Positions 1-10,065 of a stretch of DNA of 64,000 bases are shown piece after piece. Where the stretch lies: NCBI GenBank assembly GCA_949285835.1, contig CASEAR010000041.1:53618-117617 (forward strand), written 5' to 3'. Under the pieces are notes generated by a model. It ran no database searches and was not told where the DNA came from. It saw nothing but the letters and a program-made list of their open reading frames with translations. The first letter of the stretch is position 1. Each line of letters opens with the position of its first letter. Made by a program: the position numbers and the translations under genes. The stretch is from an uncultured Verrucomicrobiota bacterium (GTDB lineage Bacteria; Verrucomicrobiota; Kiritimatiellia; RFP12; UBA3636).

Positions 1-426
1 GACAAGATACGTACTCCGGAAATCAACAGACATGTGAGCCCCGTTTCTGCGGTTCCTGAGGTGCGTGAGATTGTAACAGGCTGGCTGCGCAATATGCGTA
101 ATCTCGGCGACCTTATTGTCGAAGGACGTGATATCGGTTCTGTCGTTTTTCCTGATTCCCCATTTCGCTTCTACTTGGACGCTGATCCGGAAGAACGGTC
201 TCGCAGGAGGTACACGGAGGAGGTAAAGAAGGGTATTTCAAACGACTTTTCGAAAGAAGAAGTTAAAAAATCGATTCTGAACAGAGATAAAATCGACAGC
301 ACGCGAAAGACTTCTCCGCTTAAGATTCCCGATGGCGCGGTTTTTATAGACACTACACCCATGTCTGCAGAAGAGGTCGCGAACGTAATTGTGCGCGAAG
401 TGCAGTTGCGCATGGCGCGGTGTTAA
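1..426 (+). CDS. cmk: Cytidylate kinase, C-terminal part. The frame is open from base 1, so the gene starts upstream of the window.
   Basis: The translation contains GRDIGSVVFPD...FYLDADPEERSRRR, typical of the Cmk lid/C-terminal region. There is no in-frame stop between position 1 and the GTG at 34. Confidence 0.75.
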   Translation, partial: DKIRTPEINRHVSPVSAVPEVREIVTGWLRNMRNLGDLIVEGRDIGSVVFPDSPFRFYLDADPEERSRRRYTEEVKKGISNDFSKEEVKKSILNRDKIDSTRKTSPLKIPDGAVFIDTTPMSAEEVANVIVREVQLRMARC

Positions 427-444
427 GCACGAAAAGAGGAAAAA

Positions 445-1653
445 ATGACAGAATTTAATTTTGATGAGGCAGTGGCTTCACTCAGGAAGCGGCATTCGGA
501 TTTGCTTTCCAGAAAAAATGTCCTTGACGAGTCTTTTAGCAATGGTATTTTCCGGCGGTATAAGTATCCGGTAGTTACTGGAGAGCATACTCCTCTTGAG
601 TGGCGTTATGACTTTAATCCGGCGACCAACCCATTTCTGGAAGAAAGAATGGGGATACATTCGGCGTTTAATTCAGGCGCAATTATTTATGATGGCAAGG
701 TGTGTCTGGCAGTCAGGCTGGAAGGAAATGACAGAAAGTCTTTTTTTGCCATAGCTGAATCAGATAATGGGGTTGACAATTTCAAATTCAGGAAGTTTCC
801 CATCGAGATGCCGGACAACGGCAATCCGGAAACGAATGTGTATGACATGCGTCTGACACGCCATGAAGACGGGTGGATATACGGAGTGTTTTGTTCTGAG
901 CGCAAAGATCCTACGGCAGCTCCGGGAGACTTGTCCTCAGCTGTTGCGCAGTGTGGAATTGCAAGAACTAAAGACTTGGACCTTTGGGAGCGTCTGCCTG
1001 ATATTGTTTCTGAATCCCCGCAGCAGCGAAATGTTGTGTTGCATCCGGAATTTGTAAATGGCAAGTATGCGTTCTATACGCGGCCGCAAGATGGCTTTAT
1101 TGACGCGGGAAGCGGAGGTGGAATAGGGTTTGCTTTGTGCGACGATATAACCCGGCCGGTACTGGGCCGCGAACTCATAATAGACAGACGGGAATATCAT
1201 ACCGTTAAAGAAGTTAAAAACGGCGCCGGTGCCACACCGATCAAAACGCCGAAGGGATGGCTTCATATAGCGCATGGTGTGCGCGGATGCGCCAGCGGGT
1301 TGAGGTACGTCCTTTACGCATTTATGACTGCGCTTGATGATCCCTCGCAAAAGATAGCTTCACCCGGGGGGTTCTTTCTCGCGCCCCACGGTACGGAATA
1401 TGTCGGCGATACAATGAATTGTGTTTTCTGCAATGGCGCTGTCGCTCTCGACGACGGCAGACTTCTCGTATACTACGGTGCGTCAGATACAAATCTGTGC
1501 GTGGCAGAAACAACTGTAGGCCGTATGGTGGATTACTGCCTGCATACTCCTGAGGACGGGCTCTATACGTCGCGGTGCCTTGCCGCACGTATGGATCTCA
1601 TTCGTGCCAACTATGCGCTGCCGGACGTTCGTAAACATAATCTGGAAATGTGA
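445..1653 (+). CDS. Putative GH130-like beta-propeller glycoside phosphorylase/hydrolase (DUF377-like)
   Basis: 402 aa with no signal peptide. The blade-like motif NVYDMRLTRHEDGWIYGVF resembles the GH130 (E/Y)DPR...DG.YY blade. Size fits GH130 enzymes. Assigned from recalled motifs only. Confidence 0.45.
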   Translation: MTEFNFDEAVASLRKRHSDLLSRKNVLDESFSNGIFRRYKYPVVTGEHTPLEWRYDFNPATNPFLEERMGIHSAFNSGAIIYDGKVCLAVRLEGNDRKSFFAIAESDNGVDNFKFRKFPIEMPDNGNPETNVYDMRLTRHEDGWIYGVFCSERKDPTAAPGDLSSAVAQCGIARTKDLDLWERLPDIVSESPQQRNVVLHPEFVNGKYAFYTRPQDGFIDAGSGGGIGFALCDDITRPVLGRELIIDRREYHTVKEVKNGAGATPIKTPKGWLHIAHGVRGCASGLRYVLYAFMTALDDPSQKIASPGGFFLAPHGTEYVGDTMNCVFCNGAVALDDGRLLVYYGASDTNLCVAETTVGRMVDYCLHTPEDGLYTSRCLAARMDLIRANYALPDVRKHNLEM

Positions 1654-1745
1654 TGCTCAGTTGTATGTAGTCGTAGTGCTGTTGTCGTTGTCTGTCCCTT
1701 TTTCAAATTTTACGACGCGTTTTTTGAAAAATTTCTTTCAGCTAC

Positions 1746-1773
1746 TTGATTTATACTTTTTTTATTGTAGAAT
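1746..1773 (+). promoter_or_regulatory. Candidate sigma70-type promoter for the etfBA operon (TTGATT-N16-TAGAAT)
   Basis: TTGATT at 1746-1751 and TAGAAT at 1768-1773, about 38 nt upstream of the etfB ATG at 1812. A GGAG ribosome-binding site sits at 1797-1800. Confidence 0.3.
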
Positions 1774-1811
1774 AGTCCGAATTTAAAAAGCACAAACCGG
1801 AGAAATACCAG

Positions 1812-2594
1812 ATGAAAATAGCTGTCTGCATAAAGCAGGTACCGGACTCCGACAAGGTTACGATCGACAGGGAGACAAATCGTTTGAATCGTACAGGTGT
1901 TCCGAGCATAATAAACCCGTTTGACGAAAATGCATTGGAAATGGCTCTACAGCTGCGTGATCTTTACGGCGGTACTGTAACTGTGATTTCCATGGGGCCT
2001 CCGCAAGCGGAAGAGGCTCTAAGAACCGCCTTGGCACATGGCGCGGATGAGGCAGTGCTTCTTTCCGACCGAAAATTCGGTGGTGCCGACACTTGGGCGA
2101 CGTCGTACACAATTTCTCTTGCGATACGCAAGCTCGGCGATTTCGATGCAGTTTTCTTCGGGAAACAAGCTATCGACGGCGACACTGCGCAAGTTGGTCC
2201 TGGAGTGGCAAATTTCCTTGATATGCCAGTCGTGACGTATGCGAAGAGCGTTGTTGTAGAGGGAGATCACTTTAAAGTTGAAAAGGTAACAGAAGACGGG
2301 TTTGAAATCTGGGAAGTTGCCAAGCCGGCGGCTTTCACCGTAGTGAAAGAGGCTAATGAGCTTAGAATGCAATCGCTCAGGCGTAAGATGGCTGCTAAAA
2401 AAGCCGTGATCACCGTCTGGGGTTTTGATGATTTGGGCGCCGATGTCGGACTCGTGGGGTTATCGGGATCGCCTACAAAAGTAAGCAAGGTTTTTGCGCC
2501 GCCTGTGAAAACAAACAAAGCGACAATTACGGGCACGCCTGCTGAAATGGCATCGGAACTTATCAAGAAGCTTAAGGAGCGTAACGTGTTATGA
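1812..2594 (+). CDS. etfB: Electron transfer flavoprotein beta subunit
   Basis: Begins MKIAVCIKQVPDSDKV, the classic EtfB N-terminus. 260 aa. Confidence 0.9.
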   Translation: MKIAVCIKQVPDSDKVTIDRETNRLNRTGVPSIINPFDENALEMALQLRDLYGGTVTVISMGPPQAEEALRTALAHGADEAVLLSDRKFGGADTWATSYTISLAIRKLGDFDAVFFGKQAIDGDTAQVGPGVANFLDMPVVTYAKSVVVEGDHFKVEKVTEDGFEIWEVAKPAAFTVVKEANELRMQSLRRKMAAKKAVITVWGFDDLGADVGLVGLSGSPTKVSKVFAPPVKTNKATITGTPAEMASELIKKLKERNVL

Positions 2595-3583
2595 GCAAAG
2601 AGATTTGGGTCTTCGCAGAACAGAGAGACGGTGTTCTGGCTGGTGTTGTTAAGGAACTCTTGTCCAAGGGACGTGAGTTGTCCGAAAAGTCTGGTTTTGA
2701 GCTTTGTGCGGTTGTTCTTTCAGAGGATGGCGGCGTTTTTTGCGATGAACTCTACAAATTCGGAGCAAAGAAGGTTTATACTCTGGACAACGCCAAGTTT
2801 TCGTATTACCAGAATGACTATTATTCCCGCAGCATAGCGGATTTAATAAAAAAATATGTCCCTGAGATTGTTCTTTATGGGGCAACTTCCATCGGAAGAA
2901 GTTTGGCACCGACGATTGCGGCTATGCTTCACGTAGGGTTGACCGCAGACTGCACGCAACTTGATTTTGACGTTGAAAACGGCAACTTGCTCCAGACGCG
3001 TCCGGCGTTTGGCGGCAACATTATGGCGACGATTGTCAGCCCGAATCATCGTCCTCAGATGGCCACTGTGCGCTCTAATGTATTTAAAAAAGAACCGGTT
3101 GACAATCCGTCCGGCGAACGTATCGTATGCGAGACGAACCTTGATGGCATCCCTGAGCGTATGCGCAGAGTTGAAGTTATTAAAGAGAGCGACGCCAATA
3201 CGATTGATCTTAATGCAGCTCAGTATATTGTTTCCGGCGGCCGTGGTCTTGGCGCTCCTGAGAATTTTAAGCTTGTTTACGACCTTGCTGCGGAATTGGG
3301 CGCTGCTGTTGGAGCTTCTCGTGCGACGGTTGACGCTGGCTGGATATCACACCATCATCAAGTAGGACAGACAGGAAAGACCGTATGCCCCGTGGTATAC
3401 ATCGCCTGCGGCATTTCCGGTGCGATACAGCATCTTGCCGGGATGCAAAGCTCCGATGTTATCGTGGCCATAAACAAGGATCCTTCTGCTCCAATTTTTG
3501 ACGTGGCGGATATCGGTCTCATTGGCGACCTGCACGAGGTTGTTCCGGAATTGATACGACAGCTTGCTGCAGCAAAAGGCTGA
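2591..3583 (+). CDS. etfA: Electron transfer flavoprotein alpha subunit
   Basis: The C-terminal FAD-binding region SGGRGLG...[12 protein letters not shown]...[29 protein letters not shown] is characteristic. Its start overlaps the etfB stop (ATGA), indicating translational coupling. Confidence 0.9.
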   Translation: MSKEIWVFAEQRDGVLAGVVKELLSKGRELSEKSGFELCAVVLSEDGGVFCDELYKFGAKKVYTLDNAKFSYYQNDYYSRSIADLIKKYVPEIVLYGATSIGRSLAPTIAAMLHVGLTADCTQLDFDVENGNLLQTRPAFGGNIMATIVSPNHRPQMATVRSNVFKKEPVDNPSGERIVCETNLDGIPERMRRVEVIKESDANTIDLNAAQYIVSGGRGLGAPENFKLVYDLAAELGAAVGASRATVDAGWISHHHQVGQTGKTVCPVVYIACGISGAIQHLAGMQSSDVIVAINKDPSAPIFDVADIGLIGDLHEVVPELIRQLAAAKG

Positions 3584-3587
3584 ATAA

Positions 3588-4187
3588 GTGCATTTTACCG
3601 AGGATTTCCTGAGGGAATATGAACGCAGACGTTCCGGTGCGTCCGGGACGTCTGTTTCATTTCATTCTGGAAGCCGGTATTCAAATGGCGGATTGATCCG
3701 TGTTCTCGGTGTGGACACGTCGTTACGCAGCACCGGCATCGGCGTAGTCGAATGTGTGGGGAATGATTTTGTCCTTGTAAAGTGCGGCACAATTAGATGC
3801 CAGAGATATATGACATTGTCGGAATGCCTGAAGAAACTCGCCGGCGGAATAAACGATGTTGTCGATGAATGCCGTCCGGATGAAGTGGCTGTCGAAGGAA
3901 TATTCTGCTGCCGAAACCCTAAGACGGCAATTATACTAGGGCATGCTCGCGGCGTTGTTCTTCAGGTTTGTGCTTCCCGTGGTTTACCTGTTTACGAGTA
4001 CACGCCGCGTCGTGTCAAACTTGCTGTCACAGGTGTCGGTACGGCTGTGAAAGTCCAGATGCAGCGCATGGTGGCTTCTTCTTTGCGTATGGACGAAATT
4101 CCGCAAAATGATGCGGCAGATGCGTTGGCTATTGCCATTACGCATGTTCATGCACGAACCGGTCCCGGACTGGGTACAAGGATATAA
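3588..4187 (+). CDS. ruvC: Holliday junction resolvase RuvC. The true start is probably internal, near residue 35 of this ORF.
   Basis: [17 protein letters not shown] corresponds to the first catalytic Asp region. [12 protein letters not shown] is the C-terminal catalytic motif. The ORF is about 35 aa longer than typical RuvC. Confidence 0.8.
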   Translation: MHFTEDFLREYERRRSGASGTSVSFHSGSRYSNGGLIRVLGVDTSLRSTGIGVVECVGNDFVLVKCGTIRCQRYMTLSECLKKLAGGINDVVDECRPDEVAVEGIFCCRNPKTAIILGHARGVVLQVCASRGLPVYEYTPRRVKLAVTGVGTAVKVQMQRMVASSLRMDEIPQNDAADALAIAITHVHARTGPGLGTRI

Positions 4188-4233
4188 GAAGGCTTTGTGT
4201 ACTTTTTTCTCAGTTGTTTCAAATAAAAGAACA

Positions 4234-4282
4234 CGGGAAGGAAAACACCAAGCGGCAGCCGGTTCCTTCCCGCGGTTTTGTT
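4234..4282. terminator. Stem-loop terminator between the convergent ruvC and GH16 genes
   Basis: CGGGAAGGA (4234-4242) pairs with TCCTTCCCG (4264-4272), followed by CGGTTTTGTT. The same hairpin on the other strand is followed by a T-rich tract. Confidence 0.4.
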
Positions 4283-4305
4283 CACAACATTTTTGAACTG
4301 AATAT

Positions 4306-6489
4306 TCAGCGCGGAATAATCTGCAAACCCGCTATTCCTGTCCACCAATCAGTAGACTTTAACGAAATCTTTATGCTTTTCGCTTTGTTCCCCTCAAAAC
4401 GGATTACATTCGAATTGTCTGGTTTGTCATTTGTTGTTGTCTTGGAAACGGTATGCTTTCCGGCTAACCATCCGTGTGCAAAATAAAAAACAGGATTCGC
4501 AGCAACAGCTCCGCTATTCTCATCGGTTGATATTGTTACATTCCCGGCACTGCTGTTGAACCCCGCGGAGAGATAGACGATAACATCATAGTTGTCGAAA
4601 TCCAGTCCTTTTATGACAATTTCCGGATTCGGTTGTACGCATCCGCGCTTAAGCTTTAAAGTTTCCAGCGAAAACCCCCACGGTTCGCCAATCTGTGGTT
4701 TCGCGTCGCCTTCGATAGAAACTGATATTCCGGTAGGTACGCCCTGCGAGTCGAGGAAAAAATCCGGTCCGCTTGTTCCTATTACAAACTCATTCCAATA
4801 AGCTTGTTTAACATCGTCCAAACCTACAGCATCGTTTACTCTGAGATGCTGAGATGATGATGATTCCGTTACAAAATTTATTGCTATGCTTCCAGAAATT
4901 CCGGGAGCTTCTTCTATGGGTCTCGCTGAGGTTGGGCTTGGCACCAAACCCTCGCAAAACGCTTTTGCTTTTACCGTTGATGGTGATGTAATTTCCAACG
5001 GCCCATCATACCGCGGAGATTCTTCATCCGGCTCAGTGCCGTCTGTCGTATATCGAATGACGGCTCCATCAGTACCGCAAGAAGCAGACACACGTGCCGG
5101 CGTTTTCCCCGCGAAACCCGTAACTTTGATTTCAGGAGCCATGACGCGGCCTGAATATACACGTACAAAGTCAACCCACATATCTGTTTTGTTGTTGTAC
5201 CTGTCCATGTCTATCTGCCATCCGCTTATGCCTCCTATGGCGTAGTTTATGAGGAACCAGGCAGCTTGTGATTTTGAAACATCTCCGGTGGGGTGCCTTC
5301 CTACTTCGATATTGTCAAAGTAATATACGGTATCCGTCTCAGTGATGGCCAATCCATACGTATGCGGGGACCATGACCATGATGAGCGGTTACCAAGTTT
5401 GAGCGTATCAGTTCGGAAACTTGTGGGTTTATAGTCTGGATTCGGAGTACCGTCGTCCAGTTTCTCTTTTGCCCATCCGGGTTTTTCCTGACCCCAGAAA
5501 TGAGACACCTGACAGTATACGCCGCCTGAATTTGGATTTTTCGGGCCGTATCCGCCATACGCTTCGATAATGTCAAGTTCATCCGTACCGTTTTCCGTCC
5601 GTGTCGGATCAGACTCTGATTTGCCAATGTTTCCTTTGGTGAGAGTCCAAAATGCAGGCCACGAACCGGGTGCTGAATGCGCAATAAACCTGCATTCGAA
5701 ATACGACGGTACATATGCGTATACTCCGGTCCCGTCCGGACGAATGGATGAAAGTATGCCGGACATGCCTTTAGTTCCGTACGGCTTGGATGCGTGTATG
5801 CGCAGAAAAGTCCCCCTCTGCCCGAATGGAAGATTTTCTCCAACCGGATCTGAGAACTGCCATCCGCTGAAATCACCTCCGCCCGTCTTATGCGCTGCAT
5901 ATGTTGCATCCGAACCGTCGGGGGAAATGGAAAGCGGACCATCAAAATCATCTTGAAAAACGAGTTTCATTCCTTCTGCACCCGGCGGAGTTTCTTCAGG
6001 AATTCCCTGGTTCCATATCACCCCGCCCAAATTGTAGAGTTGGAGTTCACAAATGTCTTGTTTGTTTGTATCGTTTTTGGCTTGGATTCGTATCGTGATC
6101 GGACCGTTGGGAAATTCATCCGCATGAAATACGAAACTATGTTCTTTCCCGTCAATAAGGGACATCTCTGAAATGACGGCGTCGTGTCCTCCCGAAGCGG
6201 GATTTTCGTCGGTTGGCTGCTGCCAGCACAAAACCCTCGCAGTTGTCATTCCCGGTGCAGAAAAAACAACTGTCGTGTCTCCTTTTATGAAAGAGCAGTA
6301 TTCAGGTGTTACAACGGATATCGACTTGACAAAGTCGATTCCTTTATCGGAGTTCTCTGCTCCATTGTAAAAATCTGGGTACTCCTCTGCATCGACAGCA
6401 GCTGATGACTGATACACGGGAATGGTCGACACCACACCGGAAAGCAGCAGACCGAACATCGGAAGTGAAATTTTATTTTTTAGACTCAT
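4306..6489 (-). CDS. Secreted GH16-family glycoside hydrolase (laminarinase/beta-glucanase-like) with a C-terminal chitobiase/hexosaminidase-C-like beta-sandwich
   Basis: N-terminal signal peptide (MSLKNKISLPMFGLLLSGVVS). GTDELDIIEAYGG contains the GH16 catalytic motif ExDxxE. IRYTTDGTEPDEESPRYDGPLEI matches the CHB_HEX_C-like motif. Confidence 0.7.
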   Translation of the reverse strand: MSLKNKISLPMFGLLLSGVVSTIPVYQSSAAVDAEEYPDFYNGAENSDKGIDFVKSISVVTPEYCSFIKGDTTVVFSAPGMTTARVLCWQQPTDENPASGGHDAVISEMSLIDGKEHSFVFHADEFPNGPITIRIQAKNDTNKQDICELQLYNLGGVIWNQGIPEETPPGAEGMKLVFQDDFDGPLSISPDGSDATYAAHKTGGGDFSGWQFSDPVGENLPFGQRGTFLRIHASKPYGTKGMSGILSSIRPDGTGVYAYVPSYFECRFIAHSAPGSWPAFWTLTKGNIGKSESDPTRTENGTDELDIIEAYGGYGPKNPNSGGVYCQVSHFWGQEKPGWAKEKLDDGTPNPDYKPTSFRTDTLKLGNRSSWSWSPHTYGLAITETDTVYYFDNIEVGRHPTGDVSKSQAAWFLINYAIGGISGWQIDMDRYNNKTDMWVDFVRVYSGRVMAPEIKVTGFAGKTPARVSASCGTDGAVIRYTTDGTEPDEESPRYDGPLEITSPSTVKAKAFCEGLVPSPTSARPIEEAPGISGSIAINFVTESSSSQHLRVNDAVGLDDVKQAYWNEFVIGTSGPDFFLDSQGVPTGISVSIEGDAKPQIGEPWGFSLETLKLKRGCVQPNPEIVIKGLDFDNYDVIVYLSAGFNSSAGNVTISTDENSGAVAANPVFYFAHGWLAGKHTVSKTTTNDKPDNSNVIRFEGNKAKSIKISLKSTDWWTGIAGLQIIPR

Positions 6490-6651
6490 AGCACCGTCCT
6501 ATCGTATTTTCATACGATACACAGCTGTAGCGTATCGTACTGCGGGAAACTTGAAATCATTCTACGTGTATGCTACCCTAAAGGAGATGTGTGTGTCAAT
6601 CTTTGTACGAAATTGGTCAAGAATTACATATTGCAGCATTTTGGGGGAAAC

Positions 6652-7713
6652 ATGCCGTCTGTTGCTTCAGTAGTAGAAATTATCAGAAATCGGATAAAAA
6701 AAGGGGATTACCGCGTAAATTCTTTTCCGGCGAACAGAAGGCTTGCTGACGAGTTGGGGGTGAGCCGTCAAACAGTGCGCAAGGCTATAGACGTCTTGAT
6801 TACAGAAGGGGTTCTCAAGATGTCGCCAACAGGCAGGGTGGAGACGACTGTCTGTACGGAGGGCATCACAAAGCATCTGGCTCTGCTTGCGCCGGCGTAT
6901 CCTTCGCCGATTCTGATTTGTTTGTATGACGCCATTGAGAGTATAGCGGCGGAATATTCCTGGGATGTGAAAACCTTTCACTATACACATTGGCACGACC
7001 CGACCATCCCGAGCGTACTCAAGGGTATGGACGGGACATTTTTTCTTCCGTTTGCTAACGATATGCCGCGCGAAGTAATAAGGTTTCTCCTTGAGGCGCC
7101 GAAAGTTGTTGTTGCGGGGAGGGATATGTCGGCAAGCGGTCTTCCATCGCTGCAGATTTTTCCTCCAAGATTTGTTGGGAAATTACTTGACGACGCGGGA
7201 TGTGCGGCAAATGGACTTGTCGCCTGTCTCAACACGCAGCCGATGGACATACAAATGCAGGGACGAATAGATTACTGGGCTCAATGGGTCGCCTTGAATT
7301 CTGTCAAAGGACCGCTTATAAATGAGCCTGTCAGGCCAGCGTTTTCCGCTGCTTTTCAAGCTCGGGATGTTATGAGCAGACTTCTTGCAAATGAACGCAA
7401 TGGTATATTGTCTGATGTTCATACTATTTTTTGTACAACGTCGGCCGCTGCGCTTGGGGCAATGCGTGCAATGGCGGATTTTGGTTTGAAGCCAGGTGTG
7501 GATTTAATGGTCTGCGCCGCAGACAGCGCTTTTGGGGAATCAAAACTCTATATTCCTTCGCTGACGTGTCTTGATGCACCGGATCTTGATCCGTTTGTGC
7601 GTTTCATCCTCGAATGGATGAGCGATGATGATGCACAGTGGCCGGGAGCATTACTGATTGAGGCATCGGAACCGAATATTTTTGTTGGTGAAAGTACAGG
7701 CATAGAGAAATGA
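6652..7713 (+). CDS. GntR-family regulator of the AraR type (N-terminal GntR helix-turn-helix, C-terminal LacI/periplasmic-binding-protein-like sugar-binding domain)
   Basis: LADELGVSRQTVRKAIDVLITEGVL is a GntR helix-turn-helix. The remaining ~280 aa have a LacI-type effector-domain layout. ATG at 6652 is preceded by GGGGGAAA. It is a paralog of the 30590-31711 gene. Confidence 0.7.
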   Translation: MPSVASVVEIIRNRIKKGDYRVNSFPANRRLADELGVSRQTVRKAIDVLITEGVLKMSPTGRVETTVCTEGITKHLALLAPAYPSPILICLYDAIESIAAEYSWDVKTFHYTHWHDPTIPSVLKGMDGTFFLPFANDMPREVIRFLLEAPKVVVAGRDMSASGLPSLQIFPPRFVGKLLDDAGCAANGLVACLNTQPMDIQMQGRIDYWAQWVALNSVKGPLINEPVRPAFSAAFQARDVMSRLLANERNGILSDVHTIFCTTSAAALGAMRAMADFGLKPGVDLMVCAADSAFGESKLYIPSLTCLDAPDLDPFVRFILEWMSDDDAQWPGALLIEASEPNIFVGESTGIEK

Positions 7714-7768
7714 CAAATGCTATGTTTTGCGCCTTCTGCTGGTTGGTTCTGGATAAGGAGATTTATCG

Positions 7769-9970
7769 ATGAAAACGTATAGCAGATTTTGTTTATTTGT
7801 TGCTTTAACGGTCGTATCCGTGTATGCCGGTGCGCAATCTGCTGAGTGGACAGGAAACGGGAGCGGATCATTTTGGAGCGAGTCATCGAATTGGGCCGGT
7901 TTAAGATCACCTGAGAGTTCAAACAGTCTTGAAATTGTTTTCTCAGGAATGGGGGGACCTTCCGTGAACGACATTTCCAATCCTTTTGAAGTTGGTACAC
8001 TGCGTTTCGGTTCTTCTGCCGGTGCATTCGATATTGCCGGCGAGCCGCTTGAACTTTACAGCGGCATAGTTAATGTGTCCGCGAATGAACAGCATTTCTC
8101 TTCAAAATTGATTTTTGCTGCACCATCGAAAATTTCGGCCGGTGTCGGGATTGATGCGGCAGGCGGCATTACAAGCACGGACGAAGACTCCGTAATCACA
8201 ATCTCCGGTCAAAAACTGATTCTGAGCGGACAGAATTACCTTATGCTCGGAGAGCACGCACTTGGCGCTGATATAGATGTTGCCGTTAATGGCGGAAATA
8301 CCGAAAATATGGGCGCGGCGAATTTTTTCACAGCAAACGGGAACGCTTCGCTTACAATTAAAGACGGCGCTTTTTTCTGCTCTCCGGCAGGAATTGTTTA
8401 CGACAATGGAAGCAATTCCATTACTGTGAGCGGCGAAGAAACTGTTCTCAGTACGGATGGCGCCAATTTGTACCTGAACACCGGGTCTTCGCTTTTGGTG
8501 GACAGCGGGGCTGTCGTGACAAATGTTTCAGATCTGAGACTTGGAGACAATTCAAAATCGGATATCAGCCTGAATATCCTGAATGGAGGAAAAGTTTACG
8601 CAAATAAATTGACATACCGCGGCACCAGACGTGCAAATGTGAGAATAGCATCTCTTGGAAAAGACGGGACGCCGTCAAGACTTACTCTGGGATCTTTTGA
8701 ACCTGTCAATTATTCAGTATTTGATTGCGATGTTACTGTAGATGCGGGCGGAGAAATGATAGTATCCAATGCCATGAAGATCGGATATTCGTGGAGCTCC
8801 CCATGCGGCAGTAATTGCTGCGTCAGGATAATTAATGGTGGAATGGCGTTTTTTGGTGGTGAGATAACGTTAGGAAACAGCTCATCTTGCTCAAATCTCA
8901 TTCAGGTGGGTTCGTCAGATTCACAGAATGGTACTGAATCAATTTTGCGTCTGAACGCGGACAGTTTGTTCCGTATTGGCTGGGCCTCTGGTTTTGGGAA
9001 TCAATTTCTTATTGACAGTGGCGGGGTAGCAACTAACGGCAACGTGATTGTCGGTGATGAGCGCTCCGGAGAAGCTGTTGACAAGTATCTCGGATCTTCC
9101 ATGGTAGTAACAAACGGAGGACGATTTTTTGGACGTGTCCGCGTAGGGCTGCGCACAAATGGAGGAAAACTCATTTTGTCTGGAAAGGATTCTCTTATTG
9201 ACGCATGCGGATTGAATCTGGAGTCTGGCTCCGGCCGGGATAATCTGATAATAATTAACGATGGGGCCACGGCCGCTGGCATCAATGAAATAAGGGTTGG
9301 ATATGTTCAGCGGTCTCTGGCATATGCATACGGGAATGGTCTTGAGATCTCAGGCGGTGCAAAAGTATTTTCCTCCGGAGCGTGCTGTGTTGGCAGAACG
9401 GAATCTTACGAAAAAAGAATAAGCGGTAATAACTACGTAACCATGATTGGAAATGGAACGTCGTGGGATATGCAGGGAGGAAATTTACGTATAGGATATG
9501 CTAATTTTGCCAATACATACGCGACAAACAATTTTGCAACAGTGGGCGAGGGGGCCTCTCTGACAAATGTCAACGCACTGACCGTAGGATATAAAGTTGC
9601 CGTTGGAGCAGAAAAGAAGCCCGCCGTTTCGGAAGACAACAGGCTTATCGTTGCGGGTGGAAACATTTATTCTTCTTCAATGACTGTTGCATCAGGAAAT
9701 GTTTTTTCAATAGTTTTTTCCCGTGAATATGAATCCAAACCGGTAGAGGTTTCCGGTCGCGTTGTTCTTGAAGAGGGAAGTATAATTCAGCCTCTGGTAG
9801 ATGGTTCTGCAAATGACGGTGTTTACACGATATTGAAGTCTGGAGAACTAGTGGACAACGGGGTTATATTTGATCCGGGTAATTCTCCGTATGTGTACAA
9901 TTTCTTTATACGTGACAACTGTGCCTATATCAAGCTTTCAAATCCCGGAACTGTGGCAGTAATAAAATAG
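7769..9970 (+). CDS. Secreted beta-strand-repeat protein (autotransporter-associated beta strand repeat / pectin-lyase-like fold), function unknown
   Basis: Signal peptide (MKTYSRFCLFVALTVVSVYAGAQS), then the W.G.....W....NW opening motif, then long Gly/Asn/Thr-rich repeat modules. Confidence 0.5.
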   Translation: MKTYSRFCLFVALTVVSVYAGAQSAEWTGNGSGSFWSESSNWAGLRSPESSNSLEIVFSGMGGPSVNDISNPFEVGTLRFGSSAGAFDIAGEPLELYSGIVNVSANEQHFSSKLIFAAPSKISAGVGIDAAGGITSTDEDSVITISGQKLILSGQNYLMLGEHALGADIDVAVNGGNTENMGAANFFTANGNASLTIKDGAFFCSPAGIVYDNGSNSITVSGEETVLSTDGANLYLNTGSSLLVDSGAVVTNVSDLRLGDNSKSDISLNILNGGKVYANKLTYRGTRRANVRIASLGKDGTPSRLTLGSFEPVNYSVFDCDVTVDAGGEMIVSNAMKIGYSWSSPCGSNCCVRIINGGMAFFGGEITLGNSSSCSNLIQVGSSDSQNGTESILRLNADSLFRIGWASGFGNQFLIDSGGVATNGNVIVGDERSGEAVDKYLGSSMVVTNGGRFFGRVRVGLRTNGGKLILSGKDSLIDACGLNLESGSGRDNLIIINDGATAAGINEIRVGYVQRSLAYAYGNGLEISGGAKVFSSGACCVGRTESYEKRISGNNYVTMIGNGTSWDMQGGNLRIGYANFANTYATNNFATVGEGASLTNVNALTVGYKVAVGAEKKPAVSEDNRLIVAGGNIYSSSMTVASGNVFSIVFSREYESKPVEVSGRVVLEEGSIIQPLVDGSANDGVYTILKSGELVDNGVIFDPGNSPYVYNFFIRDNCAYIKLSNPGTVAVIK

Positions 9971-10020
9971 CTGTTGTCAGAAAGTAAGGCTGGGTTACAC
10001 TGGTGGAACGCGATAATATG

Positions 10021-10065
10021 TTCCCGCCATGTGATTCTCACATGGCGGGAATGTGGAATTTATTC
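10021..10065 (+). terminator. Rho-independent terminator candidate after the 7769-9970 gene
   Basis: A perfect 14-bp inverted repeat, TTCCCGCCATGTGA-ttc-TCACATGGCGGGAA (10021-10051), is followed by a T-rich tract. Confidence 0.45.
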
